This document shows positions 25,576 to 38,278 of a DNA stretch of 64,000 bases, in pieces. The notes under the pieces are model-generated. The model was not told the origin of the DNA, ran no database searches, and saw nothing but the letters and a program-made list of their open reading frames with translations. The stretch covers positions 856,153 through 920,152 of the forward strand of contig MU004231.1 of assembly GCA_010405405.1 (NCBI GenBank), in the 5' to 3' direction. Origin of the DNA: Microthyrium microscopicum. Taxonomy: Eukaryota. Within the stretch, counting starts at the first letter, position 1, and the number at the start of each line of letters is the position of its first letter. Made by a program: the position numbers and the translations under genes.

Positions 25576-26401
25576 TGAGCAATAATGTTAGCGGTGGGCG
25601 GATGCGACTATGATGAAGCTCGTTGGGTGTCATGGCAAACAAAGAGATTCTTGGTAGTTGAGCTCTTACGCACAGCCTTGATTGAATCACTGCGGATTAT
25701 GGAAGCTGTTGGTCACCTGTATCTGACTGTACTCTCCCAAGAAGATGTGTCTTTATGTAGTGAGAATAAGAATGTACTGTATAGTTATTTTTACACATTA
25801 GGAGGATCATAAGCCAAAGCCTATTAAGATAGACATCAGAGTTGATCTGCGATATCAGATCCGATATCTTAAATGGCAGGAACCAATGGCAAGCGGAAAG
25901 AAGGAGCGAAGCATAAAAGTCACGTGCTTCAAACAACGCGGGAACTAGCGAATGGTCCGTGACTCGACTAGTAGCCAATTGAAAGAGCCGCCGAGATCTG
26001 GGATGCTTCCGGGTGCAGTTTGCGCGGACCGTCAGGAGGTCGATGCGCCCGCTTCCTTTCCTATGCGCGCAGACACTGACTGCAGCTTCATCCCAACTTG
26101 TTCTTTTGTTGCCAAACCGGACACGAAGAGAGAGGCTCCAAACGCCAATCCAGAACGACTCATCAAAATCTTCACTTCTCTTTCCTTCACTCTTCATTTG
26201 AAATAGCTTCTTTGATCAGCCTTGCTTTTTCTCTTCTTTTTCACTTGTACTATCTAGTCACTTTTTTATCAAATACTCCGTTATGATACCCTGATGTCAG
26301 CGAGCCCTTACATCTCGCCCCTAATCTCCGCCTGACCATCTTAATTCATCGCCGACCATCGTCGCTGGTGCCTACCACCATTTTCGACTCCTACGAACAT
26401 C

Positions 26402-29203
26402 ATGGCTCCAGACGCCGCTACTGAAGTAGCCTCTCGCGGCTCATCCGCTGCTTCGGCAAGATCTTCTATTTCGCGCAGAGCTCCAGTAAACCCCCAGCAA
26501 CAACTATCCCAAATCGAAAAGAGCGTAACCCATCTCCTCGTCGCGACAAAACAATTACTTGAAACACTTACACAATGGTCGAGGGGAAGCGCTACCGAAA
26601 ATGAGGTGTCTGATGTCTATGTTCGACTCGGATATGAGTTTAACATAGCATGCCGAGCTTTCACTGCCATCGGTGTCGACACGGGCGATCTTGGCAATGT
26701 CCCTGAAATGCTTCGCGGCATACTTGAAGATACACTGAGCCAAGAAGCATCACAAGCGAGTTTGGACAGATTTCTACCCCGAATCCGAGATATAATAATA
26801 GGACTGTTACAAGGACTCAAAAGGAAGCAGGCACGGTTACGATCTCGAAACACCAGGGATCTTGATAGATCTGGGAGTACTGCATCGGTGAACAATGCCG
26901 CCACAGAAGAACCCACTTTGCCTCTTCCAGCTCGAGGATCAGTCCGTCATGGTGGTAGTCGAGAGGGTTCATTGGGAGAAATTCCTCCGCGCACATCTTC
27001 AAGAGCCGAAGGAAGAGCCTCCCCCAATGGACCAGAACCACCGCCACCTCGTATTGAACTTTTCGATGGACCGCGAGAGCTATCCGATTCGTCTCTGTCT
27101 AGTAAGACTGCACAGAATCTACCGGTACAAAGCCCTCCATATCCAACCGACGACTCAATGCCGCAACCTACACCACCCCCTCATGCCTCTTTTCCAAACC
27201 CACCAGTTCCCCCACCAAAGGGAGGCCAAGATGCACTGCTCGCTTTACAAAAAGGAGGTGAACTGGAGCGACGTGCGTCGCGGCGATTTTCAACATATCA
27301 AATAAATAAACAGCTGGGTGGTGGGTCCATGAGCGGCATCATGATACCCCCGGCTCAAAATGGCCCAGCTCCGAATCGTGGTCGCGAAGTCCGAGAGTCC
27401 CTGAATGCCGTGCGACAGCGCGGATCCCAGCTGTACAACCGTGCAAAGTCCGAAAGACGGTTAGTCGGAGACGATTCGCCCTCGCGAAACGTACCAAATC
27501 GGATATCTGAAGAGAGTCTGTCAAAGGGCTCGGACAAGAACGCCGAGGCGCTAGCGGAATTGGAGGGTGGTGATCAATCGCCTGCCATATCTGCTACGCT
27601 CTCCGGACCACTGGATACACCTGCTTCTACGGCAGCTGGGACACCGACTGTACCGGCGAGACGGATTTCTTCCAAGAAGCGAGATAGTCCAAATACATCG
27701 GGGCAGTTTATAGCAGAGGAATCGCCACAGCCCGGCAAACCGTTGACCCTGTTTTTACAATTCAAGCAAAAAGTCAAGAAGATTGTTCTAGACGATGGTT
27801 CGAATGATTTGTCCATTGCTCGCTTACAGCTCGCCTTCATCGACAAATTCGCATGGAATACTCATGGTAATGGCATGGATTTGCCAGAAATATACATTCA
27901 AGATTCAGTTTCAGGTGTGCGGTATGAATTGGAAGACTTGAATGACATAAAAAACAACTGTGTGCTGGTTCTCAATTATGAACCGCTCGATGAGGTGAAA
28001 AGACATATCGACGATGGGATAGGAGGCCTAAGAAGGGTAGTTGAAGGAATCAAAACCTCAGTCGATAATCAACAGTCAACCATCCAGAGAATCAACGACC
28101 GACAAACCGAGACACAGAAAGAAATCGCTACAATTGCTTCTGCTCCACCAACAGCCTTGAGAGTAACATCCTCAAGTAGTACTTCTTTAGCGGCACCCAA
28201 GTTCAGTGGCAATCAATTAACCGAGATACAAATTCTCCGCCGAAATCTTGCAGTTTTACGCCAATCCTACTCATCATTCGCCTCAGACATGGCAGCTTGC
28301 ATGTCAGAAGTCCGCACCAAAGCCAAAGCAGTCACATCCGCAGCCGTCACCGCCGCCCTGCCAAACATGGACGGCGAAAGTGGTCGCGCATACATGAAAA
28401 CTACGCTCTACGAATCAGTCGCCAAGGAACAATCTGCCATTGTCGACCGCGTCGATGACGTCCAGGACTCGATTGAGGATCTGCGCAAAGATGTCGTTAC
28501 GCGCGGCGTCCGTCCTCTTCCTCGCCAGCTTGAACAAGTCGCCAAAGATCTCAGCAATGCAACCTCAGACCTCAAGAAACTTGAAGCTCTTGTCAACAAC
28601 GAACGTCCACTCTGGAACAAGATCTGGAAACAAGAGTTGCAAGACGTTTGCGATGATCGAGAAACGCTCAAGGAGGTCGAGGCGCTGTTTGGCGACATGA
28701 AGCTTGATCTCGAGGAGAGCGAGAAGACATTCCGACTCGTTGAGGAGGCGTGCAAGCAGCAAAATGCTATGGCGGGAAATACACCCGCCAACGGAACTGC
28801 ACGTAGTTCAAGTGGCACTGCGCGTGTTCCTGCGCTTGCATTCAATATCAATCCTCCGGATCCTGATAAGGCTAAGCATGGTTTGCTTGTTGAGGTCCAA
28901 GGACTGACAGTGGATCACGAGTCGAGGCTTGAAGCTATTCAGAGGGCGGAGCGCGCTCGGCAGAAGGAGCTAGAGAGTCGTAAGGACAACGATGAGCTGA
29001 AGAAGGAGCTCGGCAGCTTTGTCAAGGAAGACAAGTTGAAGAAGAGCGGAGGTGTTGAGGAGGCTGAGCGGATACGGAAAGCGAAAGATGAGCGAATACG
29101 CAAGGAGTACTGGGAGCGGCAGAATGGGATAGAACCAGCGGCTGAAGCAGATGCCGCTGAGCAGCAGGCACCCGAGGAAGAGAAAGTAAATGGGGAGAGT
29201 TAG
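26402..29203 (+). CDS. BUD6: Actin-interacting protein Bud6/Aip3 (polarisome)
   Basis: N-terminal IEKSVTHLLVATKQLLETLTQWS. AIP3 domain LFLQFKQKVKK..LQLAFIDKF..YELEDL, IEDLRKDVVTRGVRP and ERPLWNKIW. Confidence 0.93.
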   Translation: MAPDAATEVASRGSSAASARSSISRRAPVNPQQQLSQIEKSVTHLLVATKQLLETLTQWSRGSATENEVSDVYVRLGYEFNIACRAFTAIGVDTGDLGNVPEMLRGILEDTLSQEASQASLDRFLPRIRDIIIGLLQGLKRKQARLRSRNTRDLDRSGSTASVNNAATEEPTLPLPARGSVRHGGSREGSLGEIPPRTSSRAEGRASPNGPEPPPPRIELFDGPRELSDSSLSSKTAQNLPVQSPPYPTDDSMPQPTPPPHASFPNPPVPPPKGGQDALLALQKGGELERRASRRFSTYQINKQLGGGSMSGIMIPPAQNGPAPNRGREVRESLNAVRQRGSQLYNRAKSERRLVGDDSPSRNVPNRISEESLSKGSDKNAEALAELEGGDQSPAISATLSGPLDTPASTAAGTPTVPARRISSKKRDSPNTSGQFIAEESPQPGKPLTLFLQFKQKVKKIVLDDGSNDLSIARLQLAFIDKFAWNTHGNGMDLPEIYIQDSVSGVRYELEDLNDIKNNCVLVLNYEPLDEVKRHIDDGIGGLRRVVEGIKTSVDNQQSTIQRINDRQTETQKEIATIASAPPTALRVTSSSSTSLAAPKFSGNQLTEIQILRRNLAVLRQSYSSFASDMAACMSEVRTKAKAVTSAAVTAALPNMDGESGRAYMKTTLYESVAKEQSAIVDRVDDVQDSIEDLRKDVVTRGVRPLPRQLEQVAKDLSNATSDLKKLEALVNNERPLWNKIWKQELQDVCDDRETLKEVEALFGDMKLDLEESEKTFRLVEEACKQQNAMAGNTPANGTARSSSGTARVPALAFNINPPDPDKAKHGLLVEVQGLTVDHESRLEAIQRAERARQKELESRKDNDELKKELGSFVKEDKLKKSGGVEEAERIRKAKDERIRKEYWERQNGIEPAAEADAAEQQAPEEEKVNGES

Positions 29204-29951
29204 ACATGAAATTGCATGTATAATGTTTTTAATGTTGCCAATGGACGAATACGGGGTTCCAAATGGCATGTTGTTGAGCTATAAGCAGTCAGCTATAGTA
29301 AGCGGGAGTGATATATTGTCTCTGGGTTGATGTTTTTGCTTTACTTTAGCAGTAACTACCCCCTATTGCGCAACAAACAATTGATCTTTGCTACCTTTCA
29401 TTTATATTTACCCAGTGGGTATCACATCTTCTTTATCAAAACTGTCTACGGTAATATGCAAGGAGAAACCATGCACAATGTGAAATACATCCCCTGTAAG
29501 AGCAATGATCGTCATTGCCCATTGGCACATTATCCACTCTTCCCAACTTCACTCCCTCCACCAGAACTCCCCCTCAGTTCCAATCAACAGCCCACCAAAC
29601 AATCTACTAGTCAAATCCATCTTTGCTTTTGCTCTCCCATCTCCTCATTTGCTGCTCGTTTTTGTTGCATCAATATAAGCTTGATCTCTTGCTTCTTCTC
29701 TCCTTGTTGTTGCTGTTTAACGCTCCTTCAAACAATCTCAGACCACCCCACTTCATACACCACAGCTATCTACATCACAACCACAACCAACAATCCCAAA
29801 TTGATCTCGCCCTGACGGCATGTCCTGGGCTGCAGTCCGTCCGGTCGACTGCGACAAGGAGACCTGCCCCTCAGGTTCTCCAGTCGAGCGCCGCAACCCA
29901 TAATACACCACTCTCACTGGAGCCGCCACCCAACCTATCTAGAAATCAACC

Positions 29952-31225
29952 ATGCCCTCATCGCCCACAACCACCACCAAAAACACAGCCGTCGCTCCCC
30001 AAGATGCGGTCCGTCCCCAAGACCACCGCCGACCCCGGCAACGCGCCCGTCCATATCCTCTCAGCGACTACGCGCCCACCCAAATAGCCAAAATCCTCGC
30101 CCAAGAAAATCGCGTCAAAACTGCTTCCCTCGTCTCTTCCATCTGCTCCCAGGTAGCCCTCTATCCAATGGACAGTATAAAAACGCGCATGCAGGTCCAC
30201 AAATTCTCCTCCGTCTACGATTGCATTTCCGAAATTAAACGCACAGAGGGCTTACGACATGGGCTATATCGAGGGATAGTGGGACCCACTGTTAGCTACT
30301 CGATTGTCCGGATGATCACGTTTGACTGGTATAATAAGATGAAGTACAATGTTGATGATCTGGTTACGAGTGCGACGGGGGAGAGTGTGTTGGTGGCGGT
30401 GAATACGCCGGGGAGTAGGCCGAGTTTGTTGAGTACGGCGTGTTTTGCGTCGGCTGGGGCGGTGGTGGGGTTTGGGGTGAGCTTTTTGGCTTGTCCGTTT
30501 GAGTTGTTGAAGGTGGGGAGGCAGATGTCGGGAATGGTGGGGGCGGGCAGTAAGAGTTCGTTTGATGAGACGTTGAGTAAGAGGTATAGGGATCGGGGGA
30601 CGTTGAGTGCGGCGTTGGATTTGTATCGGAGGATTGGTATAAGGGGTCTTTATTCGGGCATACATCTTCATGCGGGTAAGTCAATTGATATCGTGGTGCG
30701 CATGGTGGAGCTAATGGTTTGTAGTTCGCGATACGGTAGGCACTGGTATCTTTTGGGGGTCATACGAGGGAGTCAAGCAATTGCTAAGCGTCACTCGCGG
30801 AGGCCGACCAGACAGTCCATTGGCAGGCGGTATAGCAGGCGGTTTTTGCGGAATGCTGGCATATCTCGCAGTAAGGCCTTTTATAACACTTTCACAACAT
30901 CTTTCTAACGTAACAGGCCTATCCAATCGACACGGTCAAAGCAGTCTACCAACGTAATTGCCTTTTCTCCAAAGATGGTCACAAGAACTACGTCCCAGTT
31001 CAATGGTTCAACCCCGAACAATACAGAGGTACATATCTCTACCACTTTGAGCCAGCATTGGTTTCTAATAATCTACCCACAGGTCTGCCTATTACCATGA
31101 CGCGAGTATTCATGAGCAACCTCATACAGATGTGGATCTTTGAATATATGAAGAAAGAAATCCGCGCATTTGACATTGATCCTCCTCCACCGGCACGCCT
31201 TCCCAAACACGACCCCTTGAATTAG
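29952..31225 (+). CDS. Mitochondrial carrier family protein, 4 exons
   Basis: Px[DE]xx[KR] signatures YPMDSIKTR, CPFELLK and YPIDTVK, plus GLYRG and GLYSG. The last exon ends with TAG at 31223-31225. Confidence 0.9.
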
Positions 31226-31595
31226 GGATGCACTCTTTCGCAGCCTATTTTATTGAGCACGAGCATCACTTAGGCGTTGGATGGTAACTTTGTGGTCTAG
31301 CTTATTTTGTTGGGTGAGAAACTCAGATTGTTATGTTTATGTATGATATAGTGGCTGGATGGATGGATAAGATAATGATATATAAGAAAAACATATCAAA
31401 GAAATGAGAACATTACTGAAATCATCACCGTTTACTCGGTTACAATAAGCATGTCTGGCGTAGCAGTCTTCTTGGTATTGGTTTGTCATTTTGATACAAG
31501 ACTAATAATCGAGCTGCTCTGTTCACAGGTTATCTACTCTGCCAAATCTCCGCATGACTGCAGCTTTCAAAGCATCCAGATACACTTCTTCTCAT

Positions 31596-32028
31596 CTAGT
31601 ATTCAACGATTGGGTTGCCCCGGAGCTTGCCTCGAAATTCATACTTTCCCTATCATCACCAGCAATTAGTCTTTGATCTCCAACAGCCCCAATTCTCTCC
31701 AGCCCCCCGCGAAGGTGTATTCCGCCAAGCGTAGACTTACATCCGTTTGCAATCCCACATATAGAAAGGCGGCTGGTATTATAGCAACGTATACGAGCGA
31801 TATCCGTGCTGTTCTCGGTGTCCATTTGAAGTACTTGTATCGGTTCGCGCTCATGTCTGGCAGATTAGGGTCAGTCGGCCGAATGTATACGTCCTTCGTG
31901 TGTTTTACGTACTGTACCACTTCAACAGCGCCGGGTCCATGTTGACCACTACATCATTTGGTTAGCTTTTCCGTCTTCAGAAAGCTGTTGAAGTTGTGCG
32001 GACCTTGGGGTCCGTGGCCGCCTGCCAT
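31596..32028 (-). CDS. NADH:ubiquinone oxidoreductase accessory subunit NDUFB4/B15-like, 4 exons
   Basis: Spliced product MAGGHGPQVVNMDPALLKWYNMSANRYKYFKWTPRTARISLVYVAIIPAAFLYVGLQTDGKYEFRGKLRGNPIVEY. The DPA..RYKYF.WTPRT motif and single TM are typical of this subunit. Confidence 0.85.
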
Positions 32029-33058
32029 TGTGGTCGTGGGAATTCGCTGTTGTTGCGGGTGATCTGGGTTGTGAAGAGCGGTACTCGGGGAGGTCTTTAG
32101 ATGGCGAGATAGGGCGTGTTCTGGTGAGTTTGAGGACTTTAGAGGCGGTGTTCAATGGATGAAGTTGGGTGCAGATGATGCGCTTGGCGGGAGACCGAAG
32201 GTGTTCCGAGCACTATGATTGGTCGGTGCGGAATAGAGCTTCCTAACTTCATGGCGACTGTGAGCCTTTGTAGATGCTTCTTTGCATCGATGTAGTACAT
32301 AATCTTTCAGCGTGCTATCGCTTCCGGAGAGGATTTCAAACAAGAGCTTTTGAATCTTCATTCCAATGCTGCACCGGTTGAGGCCTGCATTCGATGCGCC
32401 TACTTGACAATGTCCTTGGACGGCCAACCGCTTTCTCATCCGGAACTATTGACGACTCTGAATACCATTGAGTACGTAGAAAGGGTCGTAGAATGTTGGA
32501 TTTGAATATTCTATGTGTGGGGTACAGTACTAATGGACATCGCGTGCCGCTTAATTTGTTAACCTGTGCCAAACCACATGCAACCACAGATACAACTCTT
32601 TACTCTAGTGATTCCAGCATATCTCGGTGATCTCAAGTAAACCGCGAAGAAGCTTGTTCTCCTTTTCCGAGCTCGCTTTCTTCCTTTCCAGTCTTGCTAC
32701 AAGCTCACTCTAATGCAAGTTTTCTTTCCAAGGCGGACCTGAATACATGTCTAAACGAGGATCCTAAAAGGTCCACACACCGTATTAATATCGACAAAAA
32801 CACGAAACGAAAAAGGTGAATTCAGTTGCTTATTGACACCAAAGGTCTTTGTTCCATAAACAGATCAGGGGACAGCATACAAAGCTATGATCCGAACACA
32901 CCAAACACCAGACAATGGAGCGCATCATTTTTGGAACAAAGAATGACAATTCGGTTTTAGATTCTTCATGTTTCCATTTGAACACCCACAAAACATTTCT
33001 TGTTGCGCTTTTGCAGCCAAGATTACTTGCATCAAGAAATTTATAAGCCCTCGCAAAT

Positions 33059-34570
33059 ATGTCTTTCCGTTCGTCCAAGAGAATGACTGCTGGACCGTCC
33101 GAGAAAAGCGGTTCTGCTCAAGTCCGGAATAGACCTTCTTCCATGGGCGTTCTAGCCTCTGCCACCAAGGACCTCTTGAATTTCAAGTTAGACGGCAAGC
33201 CTCCTCTCATTAGATTCAAACAAATGCCAAAGAGTGACTTGGAAAAATGGGCGTCCATCTTATGCCATCAGGTGCCACCAAAGCAGCAGGTCTCGACTAG
33301 TTGGAGTGTTTATCGAAAGAACACAAAAGCAGAAATTGCAAAGCTTCCGGATCATCTTAGAGACAGCCCGACCATGTGGCATCGTTTCATGAACCAGAGA
33401 ATGGACGATGAGACTAGAGCCACAACACGGGAACTTTGTTCAATGCATCATCGAATGAACCGAAAGCTCGTTCGCAGCACGCTCGGTTGGATAAAGAAGG
33501 AAATTGAACTCAACATCCCTGGTGTAATGACACCTTTAGTGGCTAATGGGCTCCTAGACTCTAAAACAGCTGCTATTCTGGCTACGTTGCAAGATATTGG
33601 TGCAATGTGGTTAGATCCAACCAACTTCGAGGCCGCTTTTCGTAGGCCAGTGAAGCAATCTTGGGAACAGCAAGCTGATCGCTGTGCTGCTTGTGTTCTA
33701 GCTAGATTTGCAGGCTCGAGCGATGCTGTCTGTGCTTTCAAAGCAGGCCTTATCGGTCGTGCATTATCCACTGGAGCGTCCAGTCGTCGCATGCAATATG
33801 TAAACTTCTTAATACAGGCTTACTCAAGTGGAAAAGCGCTCAATACCGCGGCTGAAGCATCTGGGCTCAAGATTCGAAGGGCTTTGAACGAGCTGAGATC
33901 TGTTCAACACTCTGTTTTAGGTCCTGGCTCAGAAAATGACAGCAACAAAAATGCATCACAACACCAGAAAGCACTTCCCCAAACTCCTCCTCATCTGTCG
34001 TTGCCACCAGGATCACCAACATCGCCAATGTCGCCTGCATCACCAGTTTCTCCACTTGATCCATCAGAAGGTTCATCCAAACCCGACGTCTATGCCCCGA
34101 TCCCATGGCGCTCCCCGACTGGAAGACGGAGGCAGAGAGATCAAGTGTCCGAGCTGATTGATCACTATCGTCGAACAATTTACGAGCCCCATTTTGGCCA
34201 GGAAGATCATGCCGGCTTTGAAGAAGAACTAGAAGACGCTCCTGCGCCAGTGCGAGATTCCAATCGATGGCCAACAGCTCAGCATGAGGAGAGCATTGCG
34301 ACAATGGTTTCTGAGCAAGACAGGCAATCCAGAACGCCTTATGAACGGCTAGGGGAGATTAGCCGACCAGCTGATCCTTACGGGAGCTACACAGCGAACA
34401 CTCAAACAACTGATTCACCTATTGCTGAAGCAGAAAATTCTTTCACAGGCCCAGTTCTGCCGCGGCCAATTCATACACCACAGCGAACTCGTGAAGCACG
34501 CAATCGAAGCTCAAGCATATATGAAGAAGACGTAATAGACAGAAGAACTAAGCTAGACGATTTCATTTAA
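33059..34570 (+). CDS. Hypothetical fungal protein with a Cys/His-containing N-terminal domain and disordered C-terminus
   Basis: Intronless 503-aa ORF with motifs LCSMH and QQADRCAACVLARF, and a Pro/Ser-rich tail. Confidence 0.7.
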   Translation: MSFRSSKRMTAGPSEKSGSAQVRNRPSSMGVLASATKDLLNFKLDGKPPLIRFKQMPKSDLEKWASILCHQVPPKQQVSTSWSVYRKNTKAEIAKLPDHLRDSPTMWHRFMNQRMDDETRATTRELCSMHHRMNRKLVRSTLGWIKKEIELNIPGVMTPLVANGLLDSKTAAILATLQDIGAMWLDPTNFEAAFRRPVKQSWEQQADRCAACVLARFAGSSDAVCAFKAGLIGRALSTGASSRRMQYVNFLIQAYSSGKALNTAAEASGLKIRRALNELRSVQHSVLGPGSENDSNKNASQHQKALPQTPPHLSLPPGSPTSPMSPASPVSPLDPSEGSSKPDVYAPIPWRSPTGRRRQRDQVSELIDHYRRTIYEPHFGQEDHAGFEEELEDAPAPVRDSNRWPTAQHEESIATMVSEQDRQSRTPYERLGEISRPADPYGSYTANTQTTDSPIAEAENSFTGPVLPRPIHTPQRTREARNRSSSIYEEDVIDRRTKLDDFI

Positions 34571-35150
34571 GTAAGTATTTTGTCGCATCTGTTCGATTTC
34601 CTCCTTCAGATCAATAGCTCCACACAATCAGAGGCTATTCTGTTGCTTGGTCAGTGGCCTCATTTTGTACTACCCTTACTTGATACCTTATTTTAGCAGA
34701 ATAGCATATGTAATTCATTGTGTGGAACCTTCAAGTCCTCAATATGGCCCTCAGTGACTGTTAACAATCGTGATCCTAGCTAGGTGCTGCGATTCTTCGT
34801 AAACACTTGACGTAACGACTTGTCTGTACCTGAAGAGGTAGTAGTTAACTACAAACTGTGAGGATGTTTATTTATTTCGGAGCCATACTGGACTTTTTTG
34901 CGTTACTTGACGATGGTTGTGGGCCACATTGCGCCCCTATACACGCAAATATATTAAAACACTTACCTTTAAGTAAAAAGAATTTCCACTTCCAGTAATG
35001 AAGCATGTCCAAACTAGATTCACTACCAAATGTTCGGCATCCGGAAGAATGCAACCATATTGTTATGTATGATGTGTCTAGAATTGAGACAGGCAACGCT
35101 ATTTTTTGGCATTTTGCTCAACTTTACTCCCTCAAATATTGTCGCAGATA

Positions 35151-37477
35151 ATGTTGTCTAAGTTGGTGTTTGGGGTACTAGCCCTGGTGGATTGCTCCGT
35201 TGAAGCCTCTCGCCTAGCGATGCGATCAATATCAGAAGATGCGTTTAAGGGAGCTGTAAACAAGGCAACCGGCCCAGTGTCTTTGGACATTTCAGTCAAA
35301 AGCTCAGTAGGCAGGAACAAGACTGCCCCGTGAGTCAGCCATCATCCCTTTTTGATAACCTTCGAACCTAAAAAATTGAAAGCCACTTGTACGGGTTGAT
35401 GTTTGAGGATATCAGCCATTCGGGCGATGGCGGGATTTACGGTGAACTACTGATGAATCGTGACTTCGCTGGTATTGTAGACAGGCTATAGACCATTTTC
35501 ATGTTGGAGAGCTGAACAATTATAGGTGTTAATGGTACGCGCCATCCAAGTTTAGATGGCTGGTCTGCAATTGGAAGTGCAAAACTCTCGCTGGACTCAA
35601 GTAATCCTCTTTCGAAAGCTTTGCCGACAGTAATGAAAATTGAAATACCACAAAATGCTAGTGGTGAAGTAGGATTTCAGAATTCAGGTATATTTTGTTT
35701 TCAAGCGAATGCCAAATCAATCAACGATACTTACTAAATGTCATAGGCTGGTGGGGAGTATCGGTTCGTCCACAAACATATACTGCCTCTTTCCATGTCA
35801 AAGGCGGCAGCAATACCAAGGGAGGCAAAATTTATGCATCTCTTATATCCATGGGAGGAGAGTTATATGCACGATCAATGGTCGAGCCACAAATAGAATC
35901 TGTATTTGAAGAACTCTCCATGAAGATTGAGAATACCAAATCCGCACAGAATGGTGCCGCCAACAGATTTGCTATAACTCTCGATGCAAAAGATTTTGCC
36001 GGTCAGACTCTGTACTTCAGTCTCGTCAGCCTTTTTGGTGAGACTTTCAAAGGCCGTAAGAACGGGTTGAGGAAGGATATCGGTGAGGCTTTCTACGATT
36101 TGAAGCCAAAGTTTCTGCGTTTCCCAGGGGGCAACAACCTGGAAGGCGAGTCGATCGATTCTCGCTGGAAGTGGTTCGAAACCGTTGGACCATTGAAGGA
36201 TAGGCCTGGTCGGAAAGGAAATTGGGGTTACTCGTAAATACAAATTCCATGATTGAGAGCTTGATCGACTAATGGGCGATAGGAACACCGATGGCCTAGG
36301 TCTTCTCGAATACCTGTATTGGTGCGAAGACATGGAGATGACGCCTGTGCTAGCAGTGTTTGCTGGATATGCTCTTCAGGGAAAAGACGGTATCTCTGTA
36401 GCTGAAAAAGATATGGGATGGGTCCTTCAGGAGGCACTGGATATGCTGGAATACGTGACTGGTCCTGAAACCAGTAAATTCGGATCTATGCGTGCTCAAC
36501 ATGGTCATCCTGCACCGTTCGAGCTCGAATACATTGAAATAGGAAACGAAGACTGGTTCTCCACCACTTATGACTACCGCTGGAGGATTATGTACAATGG
36601 CCTGAAAGCAAAGTATCCTAATATCACTTACATCAGCACGGTGTTTAACGAAAGAAACAACAAAATGCAGCTTCCTGCCGGAACAATTTGGGATACTCAT
36701 CACTATGAGGAACCGCAGTATTTCTTGAAAAACTTCAACTACTACGACAACTGGAATGTAGTGGCTAACCAGACCGGAGTTGGTGTCCTCCTTGGTGAAT
36801 ACAGTGTGATTCAAGTCGACACTCCTTCCGGCGAGGTCAATTGGAATAATCCAAATGAACTTCGTGTTGAGGTACCAAGGTTGGTCTCTGCAATCGCTGA
36901 AGGCATATACGCCATGGGAGGAGAGCGAAATCCAAACACTGTCAAACTCTCAAGTTATGCTCCAAGTCTTCAGCGGAAAGAAGCCGTGAACTGGACACCG
37001 AATATGATCATGTTTTCCACTGATCCTGAGAGGACAATCAAGAGCGCGAGTTACTGGCAACAGTGGATGTTCAGCAGATACCAAGGCACTCACACCTTGC
37101 CAACCAACAATAGCAAAGGCAGCTACAATCCGTTGTATTGGGTGGCAAGCATCAACGAGCCAACAAGGGAAGTCTATGTCAAGGTCAGTTTCGCTATTTA
37201 CTAGCATGCTTTGCCAATGGATGTACTCACCAGATTTTAGGTAATCAACGCTGGCGCAGATTCTATCCCATTGTCCATTAGCTTTGATGTCGCATTCGCT
37301 TCGTTCAACGTTACAAGTTTGGCTGGTGATAGCCTTAGTCTTTTCAACACATACGAGACCCCCTCCGTTGTACAGCCAAAAAACACTAGCGTAGAAGCAT
37401 CAGCGCTTCAAGGTGGTGTTTTCTCGTGGATCGTCCCACGTTACTCGATCCATGTTTTGCAGTTTAATTCAAAATGA
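35151..37477 (+). CDS. Secreted GH51 alpha-L-arabinofuranosidase, multi-exon
   Basis: Signal peptide. Motifs LYGLMFEDISHSGDGGIYGELL, FLRFPGGNNLEG, GLLEYLYWCED, EIGNED, DTHHY, GEY and SYAP. Confidence 0.93.
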
Positions 37478-38278
37478 TGAGAAGGTTTGAGAGCACCAGA
37501 GGCATTGTGTAATTCCATGAAGAAAGACAGGAAAAAGATATCTCAATTGTCTCCTGCGCTAAGCCTAAATGGATCGTACTTGAACGCCAACATGCATACA
37601 CTTGGCAAGCAGCGCCCACTGTGCCATCGCGACTTCGTGATGCTTCATTGGCGATGGCACATGCCCTCGGCAGTCAGCTGAGGTAATGCAGACCATTTCC
37701 GGGCAATTCTTCATCTTCGCAGTCAGCCCAAGGTATGTTGTCCATCAGCCTGCTTCGTGACTTGTCTGTGTGCGATCCATATCTGGCCGGCCTCCAGGCT
37801 GATCGCTTCGCTCTTTTTGAGGATGCATCAGGTTGTTCAATCACATCCAACAACCCCAGTTAGCGCCCTGCGGCTTCTCCAGCTCGATCAGCCTTAAGAA
37901 GCACCTCAGAATCTTTGCAGCGACATTGGAGTCGGTCGCACCCGCTATGCCGCTCCTGCAGTTCCTATTTGATCATTCATGCAACGCCTAGGTTTGTTTC
38001 TTCAGCTGGCTGCGGACACCAGAGGCACGCCCTTCACCGTTATTTAATATCTCTACGTGCCGTTTCTTTACAAGGAAACATACGATCATCCAATTCCTCT
38101 TCGAATCCCTGGTTATACGCGGTACTGAATGCTACCATTAGGTTCTCAGTCTGCTTGCACATTTTTGCGTTCTGTTGGAATTATCAAGCCTCACACTCGA
38201 ACCTTTCGTGTTTATACTTTCAGCCTTCGTGCAAGCCGAGTCGTATCGCGAAATAACAGAACAAGAGGTCTTGCAAAC

